Under the pieces are notes generated by a model. It made no database searches. It was not told where the DNA came from and saw only the letters and a list, made by a program, of their open reading frames with translations. Both the position numbers and the translations under genes were made by a program. This document shows, piece by piece, positions 29,273 to 39,117 of a DNA stretch of 64,000 bases (position 1 is the stretch's first letter; the number at the start of each line of letters is the position of its first letter). The DNA comes from an uncultured bacterium (lineage in GTDB: Bacteria; Actinomycetota; Coriobacteriia; Coriobacteriales; Coriobacteriaceae): positions 2,655 through 66,654 of the forward strand of contig CAJMLB010000003.1 of the NCBI GenBank assembly GCA_905214145.1, in the 5' to 3' direction.

Positions 29273-31435
29273 TCAGGCTCGTTCCCGCTTTTCCGGGTCA
29301 TATCCCTTCGTATACACGGTAAAGCTAAGGCTATCTATCGTGCCGGTGCTGTAGACGCATGCGTCGGGCGCGCTCCGTGTGCCTTGGGCGGTCGGGTCGG
29401 TCGAGACACAATCGTCCCTATCTATTCCAAGCAATGGAATGGGCTTTGCCACCTGGTCGGCGCTATTAATTTGCGCAATGATCTCCAACAACTCGTATAA
29501 CTTGATAAGCCATGAGCTGTATGGGTGCTCGCCGGGTCCCTTGTGCTTCAGCGTGCACTTTGATTGCGGGCTTTCGGCGAGCTGGCTCAAGCGTTCAAAA
29601 AGCGCCGGGTACTCGGCTTCGGGAAACTCGACTTGTACATACTGTATGCCATTGAGGATGAATCCGTACCACAGTACGGGGTATGGAAAACCGTTCCTAT
29701 CTGGTCGCCTGATTTTTGTCCTGCAATTGGGCTGGTTGACGATAGACAGCCATGCCGCATAGAGCTCGTCGGAAATTAGGTCGCTCGCTTGGTATGTTGG
29801 GCCAAGACCATCGAGAACAAAATTGCCAAGGCTGTCAAAATAGTGGGCACAATCCGTTAAACCCTTTTCGTATGCCGTGCCGGCTTTTCTCCGTATATTG
29901 AGTGCGACGTCGCGGGGTGATTTGCGACCAAGATGTTTTTTGGCGTTGTGCCGCGGGTTGCAATAGAGCTTGGTCGCCGCGTTATATCGATCGCAGTACT
30001 TGCTGTTAGGGCCGGTCGGAAAAAAGAGCGAACCACAGGTTTGGCATGTTATCGGCATAATGCCGCACAGCAGCAGCTCGTGGAGGATGCGGGCATAAAG
30101 GCTTGCAAAGGAACATTCCTCTTCGGTGAAGTAAAGCTCTCCTGCCTTTGCAATAACAGCTTGAAGCCTTACGAGCCTATTGAGGTTTTCCTGGTCGTTA
30201 AGCTCTGCATACGTATGGAAGTCTCCATTTGCGTAGATTTGGTTCTCGCGCATAGCCTCGAGATAGTTCTTGCGAAACGCCTGCATAAAGGGGGCGCTAT
30301 TCATGCGTTTTATATCGCTCAAATGTTCTTCGAGCTTTTGAGCCGTTTCGTTTCCGGGCAAGTGCTTTTTGGCTGCGTATGCAAAAGCGTCGCCAAAGCG
30401 GATGATTGCCGGCAGCTGATTATCGAATAATCGAAATTGTCGCGGGTCGCTTGTTTTGATGGCGGCTGGGAAAAACTCTTCGTTTTGCGCGAGCAGGCTA
30501 GGTGCCTCGGTGTTTTTAAGCAGCGGGGCAAGCTCCAGACATTCCTGATAAAAAACAATGAGAAGCGCTCGAAAGAGATCGGTATTGGTGCAAACGCAAG
30601 CTGTTTCTATCTGCGAGTTGACCTTTGGATAGTTGTCTCTTGGATTGTCGCGTTTATACGGCACCGGTTCTGTTAGCCCGGTCTTGCCGTTGGTAGTTGT
30701 AATGTCCATGTCGTTCGACACGAGCTTGAGATAGGAGCTGAAGAGGGACGCCATTTCTTGCTTATTGAGTTGGGCCGATGTCGTGATCACCGCGCGGTAC
30801 AGGCGGTTGATTTCGTTGCACTCAATAGCGTTGTTGTTCATCCAGCAGCTGTAATAGCGATAGTCGGGAATTGCTGTGATGTTCATGACACACTGCCTGC
30901 AGACATTTTCAAGGAGATACCTGGCCATGCCAGATATCTCTCCGTGTGCATGGCGCGTAATGGCTTTATCGAATATCGGAGCAAAGAAATCGAGGTCGCG
31001 TTCCTTTTGTTTTTGAAGGTTGACTTCGATTTCGGCTTCGTTCAATTCTGCTTGCGCGGACTCTTGGTCGGAATCGTCTGGATCGAGCCAGTCGTCATGG
31101 TCTGGTTCGGCTGCGTAGTCCATCGAAGCGTGTTGCGCATCGTGGGGAGCAGGGGGCTGACGAATGGCGTTCTGCAAATCGATGTAAAAGCGCAATTTTG
31201 CTCGCTCACGAAAGTGGCCCCCAATCTCGTTGAAAAGCGAGCTTAAGTCGACGCGTAATAGGTCGTTGGCTACGGAGACGAGATTCCATGCGCTTGCATT
31301 GCCGGTTGCGTTTCCGTCATCGGCGCAATCAATCTCTGGCGTTCTGTTAAGAAGAAGCATGCGGGGATTGACGGGAGAGCGAAGAAAGCCAGCCTCGAAA
31401 CCCCAGCTAAACGGCTCTTGTTCGGAATCAAGCAT
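29273..31435 (-). CDS. Large hypothetical protein with DUF6076/CGNR-like zinc finger
   Basis: CQTCGSLFFP...SKYCDR...C; GGAG RBS. Confidence 0.65.
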   Translation of the reverse strand: MLDSEQEPFSWGFEAGFLRSPVNPRMLLLNRTPEIDCADDGNATGNASAWNLVSVANDLLRVDLSSLFNEIGGHFRERAKLRFYIDLQNAIRQPPAPHDAQHASMDYAAEPDHDDWLDPDDSDQESAQAELNEAEIEVNLQKQKERDLDFFAPIFDKAITRHAHGEISGMARYLLENVCRQCVMNITAIPDYRYYSCWMNNNAIECNEINRLYRAVITTSAQLNKQEMASLFSSYLKLVSNDMDITTTNGKTGLTEPVPYKRDNPRDNYPKVNSQIETACVCTNTDLFRALLIVFYQECLELAPLLKNTEAPSLLAQNEEFFPAAIKTSDPRQFRLFDNQLPAIIRFGDAFAYAAKKHLPGNETAQKLEEHLSDIKRMNSAPFMQAFRKNYLEAMRENQIYANGDFHTYAELNDQENLNRLVRLQAVIAKAGELYFTEEECSFASLYARILHELLLCGIMPITCQTCGSLFFPTGPNSKYCDRYNAATKLYCNPRHNAKKHLGRKSPRDVALNIRRKAGTAYEKGLTDCAHYFDSLGNFVLDGLGPTYQASDLISDELYAAWLSIVNQPNCRTKIRRPDRNGFPYPVLWYGFILNGIQYVQVEFPEAEYPALFERLSQLAESPQSKCTLKHKGPGEHPYSSWLIKLYELLEIIAQINSADQVAKPIPLLGIDRDDCVSTDPTAQGTRSAPDACVYSTGTIDSLSFTVYTKGYDPEKRERA

Positions 31436-31544
31436 TAATGCTCCAAACAGCCAAAATTTAAAACCAGATAAAAGTCATATTACGCGGCTGTTTGCGGCTG
31501 TTCAATGGAATCAAGCGAAAAGGCTTAAAACCAGGGAGGCCGTT

Positions 31545-31871
31545 ATGTCCGATTGCATCAAGCTCAACAAAGGAAACATCGATGTATGCGAGCGCGAGGT
31601 TATCGTTCTTCGCGAGATCATCGCTGCCGCCATGGGTCGTTTGCACCAGATGCGCAAGCAGTGCGAGCGCGGCTATGTGTCTTCGGAGGATTTCGAGAAT
31701 GCGTTGGATGCGTACGGAGTAATCAGTGAGCGAGTCGATGAGCTTGACCAGCTTGGTTTCGAGTTCAGATGGTCGTCAGTCCCCGATGCCGGAATCGATG
31801 AGAACGACGGGCTCGAATGGATCGAGGACGACAACCCTCCGCGTGAGCGCGGTTTTGATATTGCTTGTTAA
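31545..31871 (+). CDS. Small acidic hypothetical protein
   Basis: GGGAGG RBS, MSDCIKLN...; divergent from 31435. Confidence 0.65.
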   Translation: MSDCIKLNKGNIDVCEREVIVLREIIAAAMGRLHQMRKQCERGYVSSEDFENALDAYGVISERVDELDQLGFEFRWSSVPDAGIDENDGLEWIEDDNPPRERGFDIAC

Positions 31872-31899
31872 TGTGACCGAACGGTTGATTGGAGACAAA

Positions 31900-32520
31900 A
31901 TGTATCCGTACTACGAATGTGACAACTATCCCATGAGCATTACAGATGATGACGGCCCGTTTCTGATCATGGAGGCGAGGCTGTCTGGCGACGACGAGCT
32001 CAATGATGATTTTAGGAAAGGCGCCAGTTATAGATGCTCGTGTGCGACTGTTTCTGCGGCGATTGATCTTTGCAGGTCGATGACGGACGGCGATGCCGAT
32101 CCTTGGTATGAAAGTTGGGAGAAGGCGGTTGAGCGTTATCCGCTCGAGAAATGCGAGGATGCGACAACGCTGTATTGGATCGAGCCGACCGATCCGCACA
32201 AGGCGCTGTGCGCCCTCCAACCCCATTGCGATCTTGAGCCATACGTGGCTGAGGCAATTGGCGCAGTTGACACGTATCTACTGGAGTGCGCGGACTATCC
32301 CTTTACGGTCGATCATTTAGATCTAAAGGACGTTGACGTCCTGCTCAGCGCTGCTTGGGGATTGGCTCGAGTCCTCGAAGAAACTTGGGGCACTTGCGAC
32401 CCTGATGATGTTTTGGAAAAGATCGAGGATGCTACGTACAGTGCGTATATAACGGTTAAGGACCTGATCGCGGGCGAAGAGGCGGCCAAAGCCAGCGCAA
32501 AGTCCGATGACAATCTTTAG
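31900..32520 (+). CDS. Acidic hypothetical protein
   Basis: GGAG RBS, MYPYYECD...; possible frameshifted tail to 32705. Confidence 0.65.
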   Translation: MYPYYECDNYPMSITDDDGPFLIMEARLSGDDELNDDFRKGASYRCSCATVSAAIDLCRSMTDGDADPWYESWEKAVERYPLEKCEDATTLYWIEPTDPHKALCALQPHCDLEPYVAEAIGAVDTYLLECADYPFTVDHLDLKDVDVLLSAAWGLARVLEETWGTCDPDDVLEKIEDATYSAYITVKDLIAGEEAAKASAKSDDNL

Positions 32521-32838
32521 CCACCGCACTGAACGGCGCGACCGATCGGAAGGCTGCCGGGAAAAGCTTTAGCAAGCGCCCCGACCAGGTTCAGGAGTCT
32601 GCCGCCGATGCATCCCTGATGCGTGTCGCCCTTGCAGTGATCGATGCCAAAGAGCGCGAGGCGTTGGAGTGCGATCTTAAGAAACTGCTCGCTTCGTGCG
32701 AGTAGTCGCTGACTGCTCCTCTTTCCTTTCTTTCTTCTCTCAAGCGGCATGGACGCCGCCGCCTTGACCGCCCAGCGCGAGTTTTGTCCGCACGGGATGG
32801 TATCAAACACGTGTAACAACTAAATCGGAGGTTTGACC

Positions 32839-35800
32839 ATGGCTATGTGGGATCTCAACTGCCAATCGAATCCGTCGTCTGCGGACGACAAGGAGCTCGC
32901 TCCCTATCTTGCACGTCAAAAGGCGATGCGCGAGTTTTTTGAGCGTGCGCTGTTTGCCCCCAAGGATCAGGGCAACAATGGCCTGTACTTTTTGGGCGCC
33001 ACGACGGGCTCGGGTAAAAACTATACGGCCGAGCAGGTCACAGCCGACCTCATCGCCGGTGGCTGGGACGATTCGGGCTGTTTTAACAAGTGCCCGGGCC
33101 GTCGTTACCTGGTGTTTGTGGTGCCGGGTAAGGACAACCGCGACAACTACGTTGCGAGCGTGCGCAAATTGCTGGTTGAACAGGGCATGGATGGCGATGC
33201 CGCGCAGCGCATGGTGTTCGATCTTCCGCGTGCGGGCGATAACATCCTGCATTGGATTGAGACTACGCGCGGTAAGGGCGCCGTGGGCGTGCGCGACATT
33301 CCGTGTCCCATCGAGGCGGACGACGAGAGCTCTCATCGCATCATTAAGCGAGCGTGGGGCAACGCGATGGAGATCGCCGATGACCTTTTGGGCATCCTTG
33401 ACACTCGAAATCGTCTGGGAGGTGTTGCAGACCGTTTGACCCCCGCCCTTCGCGACAAGCTATCGTCGGCGGATGCGAGCTTGCGTTGGGCTGTGAGCCA
33501 CGAGCTCAAAAACATCACGCGCGGCATGGAGGTGATCCCCCAGATTTGGCCGTCTGCCCTGCTCAATGACGAGAGCATACCGCATGTGATTGCCCTGACG
33601 CCGCAAAAGCTCATCAATAGGATCGATACAGTGACCGGTGCAGGCGTTGTGCTCTTTAACGCAATGGCTGCCGAGAAGGGCCTGTTTATCTTTGATGAAA
33701 TCGACCACATGAAGGCCGACATACTGTCGACGCTGACAGACGATCCCGTGACGTTTCAACCGGACGAAGTATTGCGTATCCTCGATCGTCATTTTAACGG
33801 CGGTGTGGTGGACCCCTTGCTACTGGGGAATCGAGATCAATGGATGGCGGTCTATACGCACGCTTCCACGTCGGGCGATCACAAAGGGTCAAACGCCGAG
33901 AGGAACAGGGTTTCGCGGGCGAGCGTAGAGGAAGATGCCGAAGAAATCGCCAAGGATGCCAAGAAAATTCAAAAGGCACTCGCCTCTTGTATTAAGGACA
34001 TGAAACTGCGTCCGCCTTTTGCGCTGTCTGACGAGGCGAAAGAAGAGCAGCTCTCCGGTCGACATCTGTTTGGCAGCGACGATATTTCGGTGGGCGACAA
34101 CTCGGCGAATCCGTTGCGCTTCAAACTCAATGAGGGCGGTACTCGCAATATGATTATCACTCGCGGAGGGAGTGGGCAGCAAACCGTCAGCAAGGCGGTG
34201 CGTCGTGCACGCGGTCTGGTCAGGATGGTGGTGGGTCATCTCGCCCGTTGCGCCACGCTTATGGACAAGCTGTACTACGGCAGCATTTCGTACAAGGACG
34301 ACCTTTCGCGCAAGAACATCATCGATGCCCTGGGCATTAGGAACAACCAGACCAGCGAGAAGTATTTTTGGGATTCGTTGATGCTGGCGCTGTTCTTTAA
34401 AGATCGCAAGAATGACGAGATCGATGCCGCCGACGACTCGATGTATGCGCGTGGTGTCGATTATCTAGTGATGGAAACCACCATCGAGCACATGTTTACC
34501 ACGTACCTAACCAGCCACGGCATTGAGCGCATGCCCGAGGCCTACCTTGCCTCCATTGCCGCCAAAGCGCCTTGCGTGTGTATGAGCGCAACATGGAGTG
34601 CGCCGACCGTCAAAAACTTCAACCTCGATTACCTTGACGAGGTTCATGGCGTGGTTCGCAAGGACGCTTGGATTGGCGAGCTCAACCAGGAAATCGTGCG
34701 ACAGACTAAGCTGTTTAACAAACAGGCTGCGAAGGAGTACGACGTCGATATTGCCTGGGTGGATGAGTCCAAGGAAATTGCCGGCATGGTCGCGCTGGCA
34801 GGCGGCGCCTTTGGCGGCATCATTGTGTCGCCCGACGAGGTGTACGAGCGCGCGATGCGGTTCTTTGACGGGATTGGCGTGAGTGAGGGACTTGCGGTGC
34901 GCTTGCGCTTAAAGATTGCTGACAGGGTGGGCGTGAGCGACGCCAAGAGCATCGAGTTTGAGCTGAAGCGCCTGAGCAAGACGCTTGTTGCCGTGAGTAC
35001 TTGGGCCCGTGGTGTGGCGCGTAACGAGCAACGGGCGGGAGCCGTTTTTACCACGCGCCACATGGGAAACCATGGCGAATTCAATAGTCTGGCGCTGGAT
35101 CTTGCGCGCGAGATTGTCGCGGAGCTGGTGATTAGAAACATCAAGTGCCCCGAGATGTCGTACGAGAAATCGCTTGAGGCCGCCAAGGACATGGTGCCGT
35201 GCTTTAACGCTGCGGAATGGGATGCAGGTTGGCGTGGCGCTCAAAAACGTCTCGAGCTGGGCCAGCCGACCCTGATGTTTATCAATCTTTCGGCCGGTGG
35301 CTTTTCCAAGAATCTCAAATACAAGGTGCCGGAGAATCTGTGCGACATGGTTCATCAGGTCGATTGCGGCTTTGAAAATGCCGACCGTCGCCCCAAGATG
35401 GATCTTGATTTCTTATATATCGAGTCGCCCACAAGTCGTTTGACCTGGGGAGTGGAGATCAACTCAAATAAGTTTGTCCAGCAGGCGCTACTTGGCGTGG
35501 TGGAGCAGGAGGAACTGGTAGCGCGCGGCGAGGTTCCGTTTACTCAAAAGCGCCGGAACGTACGGATGCTTCTATCTGGCGTTAATAAGAGCCTGCCGGT
35601 GCGCGACACCCTCTCTTATCAGGCCGAAGGCGCTCGCATTGTGGCACAGGCTGTGGGTCGCCTGATGCGCACGAGTGTAAAGATGCCTTGCGTGCAGGTG
35701 CTGCTCGACCGCGAGATTGCGAACGATTGCAACTTTTCGTTCTTGCATGATTTGCCGATGGGCTACGAGCTTGAGCAGGTGGTTGGTGCCTGCGCCGCTG

Positions 35801-36771
35801 CCAACAACCATATGACGGACAACAAGGAACACGCTGCCGTTAAGCAGCAGAACCTTGCCGCCTTTAGGAACAACCTTGCCAAGCAAAAGCACGAAAAGCT
35901 GGCGTGGAAAGTTACCTCGCTAAACGCCGGGGACGAAGATCTCACTGCTTTTGATGGCGAGCGCGACTTTTACCTGCATCATTTTTGCCTGCCGTGGGAA
36001 GATCTCGCGCAATACCCAGAGCGCCGGAGTACCGCGCTGCGCATGTCGCATGCTGCAAATGGCTATGCCTATGCAGAAGGCGGGGCATGCAAGGTGCCGC
36101 ACTTTGAATTCCCTAGCTACGATGGTGAGCCCGTCGAGCAGATTGCTGCTCGTCTGGAGGATCGTTGCCACTGCAAGGAGGGCTTAAAGGGCGCGACGGT
36201 TCGCCAGGTGAGCCAGGCGGCGGCGCGCGTACCCGAGCTGCTGTCAATTCGCGAAGTGCGTGAGCGTTGGTCGAGCGACGGGGTGCCCACAACGCTGCAG
36301 CCGGCGGCGACGGCGCACATGACGCCCTATATGTTCCAGGCGGTCTACCTGGGTGAGCTGGGAGAATCTGCCGGAAGGGCAATCTTTGAGGCATATTACG
36401 ACGGCCGCTATTCGCTTACGCGTGGCGATGCGGCACACGCCGAGACAGGTGGCGACTTTGAGGTGCTCGATGCTGCTGGCAACACGACCGGGGTATGGAT
36501 CGATTTTAAGCACTATCGCATCGGTGCCTATATCGCTTATGTTCGCGACGGTCGCGAGGCGTCGGATGCCGAGCGCTTTAGGGCGAAGGCTCAAAAGGTT
36601 GGGGCGAAACGCCTGCTAATCGTCAACGTTTTGGCTGATGAGGCAGCGCTTGAGTGCGTGCCCAAGGCACTCGATGCTGAGGGGACTGTGTTCTCCGTTC
36701 CTTATATGGCCGCCGACGGTGCAATCAATTTGGAGATGATGGAGGCGATCGGCCGTGCAATCGAAGCATAA
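32839..36771 (+). CDS. SF2 helicase fused to C-terminal PD-(D/E)xK nuclease (DdmD-like)
   Basis: ATTGSGKNY, FIFDEID, MSAT, QAVGRLMR; YLGELGE...GDF...WIDFKHY; GGAGG RBS. Confidence 0.8.
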   Translation: MAMWDLNCQSNPSSADDKELAPYLARQKAMREFFERALFAPKDQGNNGLYFLGATTGSGKNYTAEQVTADLIAGGWDDSGCFNKCPGRRYLVFVVPGKDNRDNYVASVRKLLVEQGMDGDAAQRMVFDLPRAGDNILHWIETTRGKGAVGVRDIPCPIEADDESSHRIIKRAWGNAMEIADDLLGILDTRNRLGGVADRLTPALRDKLSSADASLRWAVSHELKNITRGMEVIPQIWPSALLNDESIPHVIALTPQKLINRIDTVTGAGVVLFNAMAAEKGLFIFDEIDHMKADILSTLTDDPVTFQPDEVLRILDRHFNGGVVDPLLLGNRDQWMAVYTHASTSGDHKGSNAERNRVSRASVEEDAEEIAKDAKKIQKALASCIKDMKLRPPFALSDEAKEEQLSGRHLFGSDDISVGDNSANPLRFKLNEGGTRNMIITRGGSGQQTVSKAVRRARGLVRMVVGHLARCATLMDKLYYGSISYKDDLSRKNIIDALGIRNNQTSEKYFWDSLMLALFFKDRKNDEIDAADDSMYARGVDYLVMETTIEHMFTTYLTSHGIERMPEAYLASIAAKAPCVCMSATWSAPTVKNFNLDYLDEVHGVVRKDAWIGELNQEIVRQTKLFNKQAAKEYDVDIAWVDESKEIAGMVALAGGAFGGIIVSPDEVYERAMRFFDGIGVSEGLAVRLRLKIADRVGVSDAKSIEFELKRLSKTLVAVSTWARGVARNEQRAGAVFTTRHMGNHGEFNSLALDLAREIVAELVIRNIKCPEMSYEKSLEAAKDMVPCFNAAEWDAGWRGAQKRLELGQPTLMFINLSAGGFSKNLKYKVPENLCDMVHQVDCGFENADRRPKMDLDFLYIESPTSRLTWGVEINSNKFVQQALLGVVEQEELVARGEVPFTQKRRNVRMLLSGVNKSLPVRDTLSYQAEGARIVAQAVGRLMRTSVKMPCVQVLLDREIANDCNFSFLHDLPMGYELEQVVGACAAANNHMTDNKEHAAVKQQNLAAFRNNLAKQKHEKLAWKVTSLNAGDEDLTAFDGERDFYLHHFCLPWEDLAQYPERRSTALRMSHAANGYAYAEGGACKVPHFEFPSYDGEPVEQIAARLEDRCHCKEGLKGATVRQVSQAAARVPELLSIREVRERWSSDGVPTTLQPAATAHMTPYMFQAVYLGELGESAGRAIFEAYYDGRYSLTRGDAAHAETGGDFEVLDAAGNTTGVWIDFKHYRIGAYIAYVRDGREASDAERFRAKAQKVGAKRLLIVNVLADEAALECVPKALDAEGTVFSVPYMAADGAINLEMMEAIGRAIEA

Positions 36772-38650
36772 CCAGCCGTGCGGTTTGGGAGACATCGCCG
36801 TATCAGAGCTCGTGTTGCAGCTCGATGCCGCTGCTGCCGAGGAGCGCTACTCGGTCTTTTGGTGCAACGTCGGCGATGCGGGCAAGCATGCCGTGGCGAA
36901 CTTTATGGCCGATGTGTGCCAGACGGGCAAGGTCGTCGCGCTCACGCAGCTTGCAGACAACCGCGTCTTTCTGATGGTCAAAGCGGGCGTGCAGACGGGC
37001 GACCTTAATGCCTCGCTTTATCAGGAGCAGATAGTTCCGATTAAAACTAATTGGAACGAGTTGGACGATTACGTTGCGCTCCGCTTGCTGTTCAACTCCT
37101 GCTCTCAGTTTGAGGGGATTGAGGACGAAGTTCCCAATGACACCGGGCACCTGTATGTCATTAGCGCCAAGGGTGCCCGCCGCGATGCTGTCGAAAGCGA
37201 CGGAAGGGGACCTGCCAAGATCGAAACGGTTGAAATCGTTATCGATGAGGATTGCACCTTTGATCTTAAGATTCGGACGTTTACCAAGCGCCGTGTGCTT
37301 ATTGGCAGGGCACAAGGTGACGAGAAAGAGCTCGAAAAGATTAAGAGCCAAGTGGGCTACAGGCTATCGCCCGTGGCGACGATGGTGCTTGCCCACGAAC
37401 AAAAAGACGAGTACATCCTGCGCCGAGCCAAGGGCGACAAGCCGTCCAAGCGCCGTGATCTGACGTTCTCGGCCCAGGCGGACAAGGTCGCCTATACCAA
37501 GAAGGGCATTTTGTATCGAGAGCTGCAGATTCTCGAACGCCGTTACAGCGACTTCGCCCGGGTGACGCTCATGGAATACCCGCGTAAGAGTTTCTACGAG
37601 GTGCTCAAGGGTGATGAGTACGCGCGCGTGGTTGCGGAGCGCATGGCGGGGCAGCGAATCGTGGTGTCGTTTGCGCGCAATGGGCTTGCCGAAGTGGCGC
37701 GCCAGCTGGCCGATCGACTTAACGATTCCTCGTGGGGCGTTCGCGCAACGTATGGCGGAAGGGCCGTGGATTCGCGGGCGCTGAACCTTGTCGTTGTGCC
37801 CAATGAGGTTGCTGAGGACGACGGCTATGCCTTACATGCTGGCGTGGTGGAACAGCACGTGACACCGGATGTGTGCGAGCCACTGTTTAAGGTGGCGCCA
37901 AAGCAAAAGGATCGCAATGCGCAAGAGGCGATCCTGGGCGCCATGCTCAAAGAACTGCTGGTAAAGCAGGATGTTGTCGACGAGCGGGTGACGGCGTTTG
38001 ATCTTGATGCTTTGGATATTGAGTCGGTGACGGTGTGTGGCTTGGTCGATGTGCCGCATAAAACAAAGGACAAGATTGAGCTGGATTCGCGTATCGCTAC
38101 GTTGGCGATTGGCGCGGATGGGGGCATGCGCTATGCCTCACATTCGGCAGAGGATGGTCCCGAGGACGAGATGGAGCTCGATCTGCTGACCGCGGACGGC
38201 AAACTCGATAAGGGCGCCTATGTCTTTGACGTGCATGCGGACGGGCAGTCTATGCTTGCGCGCGTGCGGGATACGGGACTGACGACGTTTTCCAATAACT
38301 TTATGGCCCTGGTGGGTGAGCATCAGCTCACAGGCAAAGCAGGGCGTAAGAAAGAGATTTTCGAGAGCTACAACTCGCCTTATTACGGCATTGGAACGTT
38401 CGAGCGTGCGGGCAAGACTTGCTATTTTGCGGGCGTCAACAACGGCACCCAGGAGGATATGGCGACTGCGATTCACGTGCGTTCGATTGAGGTACTCGAC
38501 GGCGATGATTTGTCTGAGTTGTTGGTTCAGCTGGCCAACATAGGCCTTTCGCGCTATAAGGCTCCGTCCGTGTGGCCGATTCCGGTCAAGTATCTCAACG
38601 AGTGCGCTGCGCGTGAGGGCGCGGTAGAGGATGGCGGTGGCGACAAGTGA
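36755..38650 (+). CDS. Divergent Argonaute/PIWI-like protein (DdmE-like)
   Basis: 17-nt overlap with helicase; MID-like DGY...VEQHVT...MLKELLVKQD; PIWI-like end PSVWPIPVKYLNE. Confidence 0.65.
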   Translation: MQSKHNQPCGLGDIAVSELVLQLDAAAAEERYSVFWCNVGDAGKHAVANFMADVCQTGKVVALTQLADNRVFLMVKAGVQTGDLNASLYQEQIVPIKTNWNELDDYVALRLLFNSCSQFEGIEDEVPNDTGHLYVISAKGARRDAVESDGRGPAKIETVEIVIDEDCTFDLKIRTFTKRRVLIGRAQGDEKELEKIKSQVGYRLSPVATMVLAHEQKDEYILRRAKGDKPSKRRDLTFSAQADKVAYTKKGILYRELQILERRYSDFARVTLMEYPRKSFYEVLKGDEYARVVAERMAGQRIVVSFARNGLAEVARQLADRLNDSSWGVRATYGGRAVDSRALNLVVVPNEVAEDDGYALHAGVVEQHVTPDVCEPLFKVAPKQKDRNAQEAILGAMLKELLVKQDVVDERVTAFDLDALDIESVTVCGLVDVPHKTKDKIELDSRIATLAIGADGGMRYASHSAEDGPEDEMELDLLTADGKLDKGAYVFDVHADGQSMLARVRDTGLTTFSNNFMALVGEHQLTGKAGRKKEIFESYNSPYYGIGTFERAGKTCYFAGVNNGTQEDMATAIHVRSIEVLDGDDLSELLVQLANIGLSRYKAPSVWPIPVKYLNECAAREGAVEDGGGDK

Positions 38651-38694
38651 TGGTGTTGCGCAATTATCGCTCCTAGAACATTTTGAAATTACGC

Positions 38695-38723
38695 TTGCAT
38701 TGTAAAAGGGGAGAACATATACT
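38695..38723 (+). promoter_or_regulatory. Sigma70-type promoter
   Basis: TTGCAT-17 bp-TATACT. Confidence 0.6.
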
Positions 38724-38803
38724 GCAGCCATAGCACATCAGATGGGGTCTCAAAAAGAGACCAAGCAAACGAGTTTTCAGTTTATGTTGAGAGGTACTTG
38801 AGC

Positions 38804-38998
38804 ATGACCAGCAGAATTTTCCCCCTTTACAACGACAATACCGACCATATCGATCTCAATACCATCTACGGTTGCAGTATTGGTTCTAAGGCCGAGAACT
38901 ACATGTTCGCTCAAGATGATCTAGAGCTTAGCTCCGAAGATTATGAGTACCTGAATGATATTGAGCGCGAGCGGGAGTATGAGCTCGGCATCCGCTGA
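38804..38998 (+). CDS. 64-aa acidic small protein
   Basis: GAGG RBS, upstream promoter; 15 D/E versus 5 K/R. Confidence 0.55.
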   Translation: MTSRIFPLYNDNTDHIDLNTIYGCSIGSKAENYMFAQDDLELSSEDYEYLNDIEREREYELGIR

Positions 38999-39117
38999 TG
39001 GATGTGGGCTTGTCTCCAACTCCTCCGATTTAATTACCCCGTTATCACCTCTTTTTAGCGGGGCATATTGGATCGATTATGTGTCAAACATCAGCTCATC
39101 GTGGGAAGGAATCGGCA

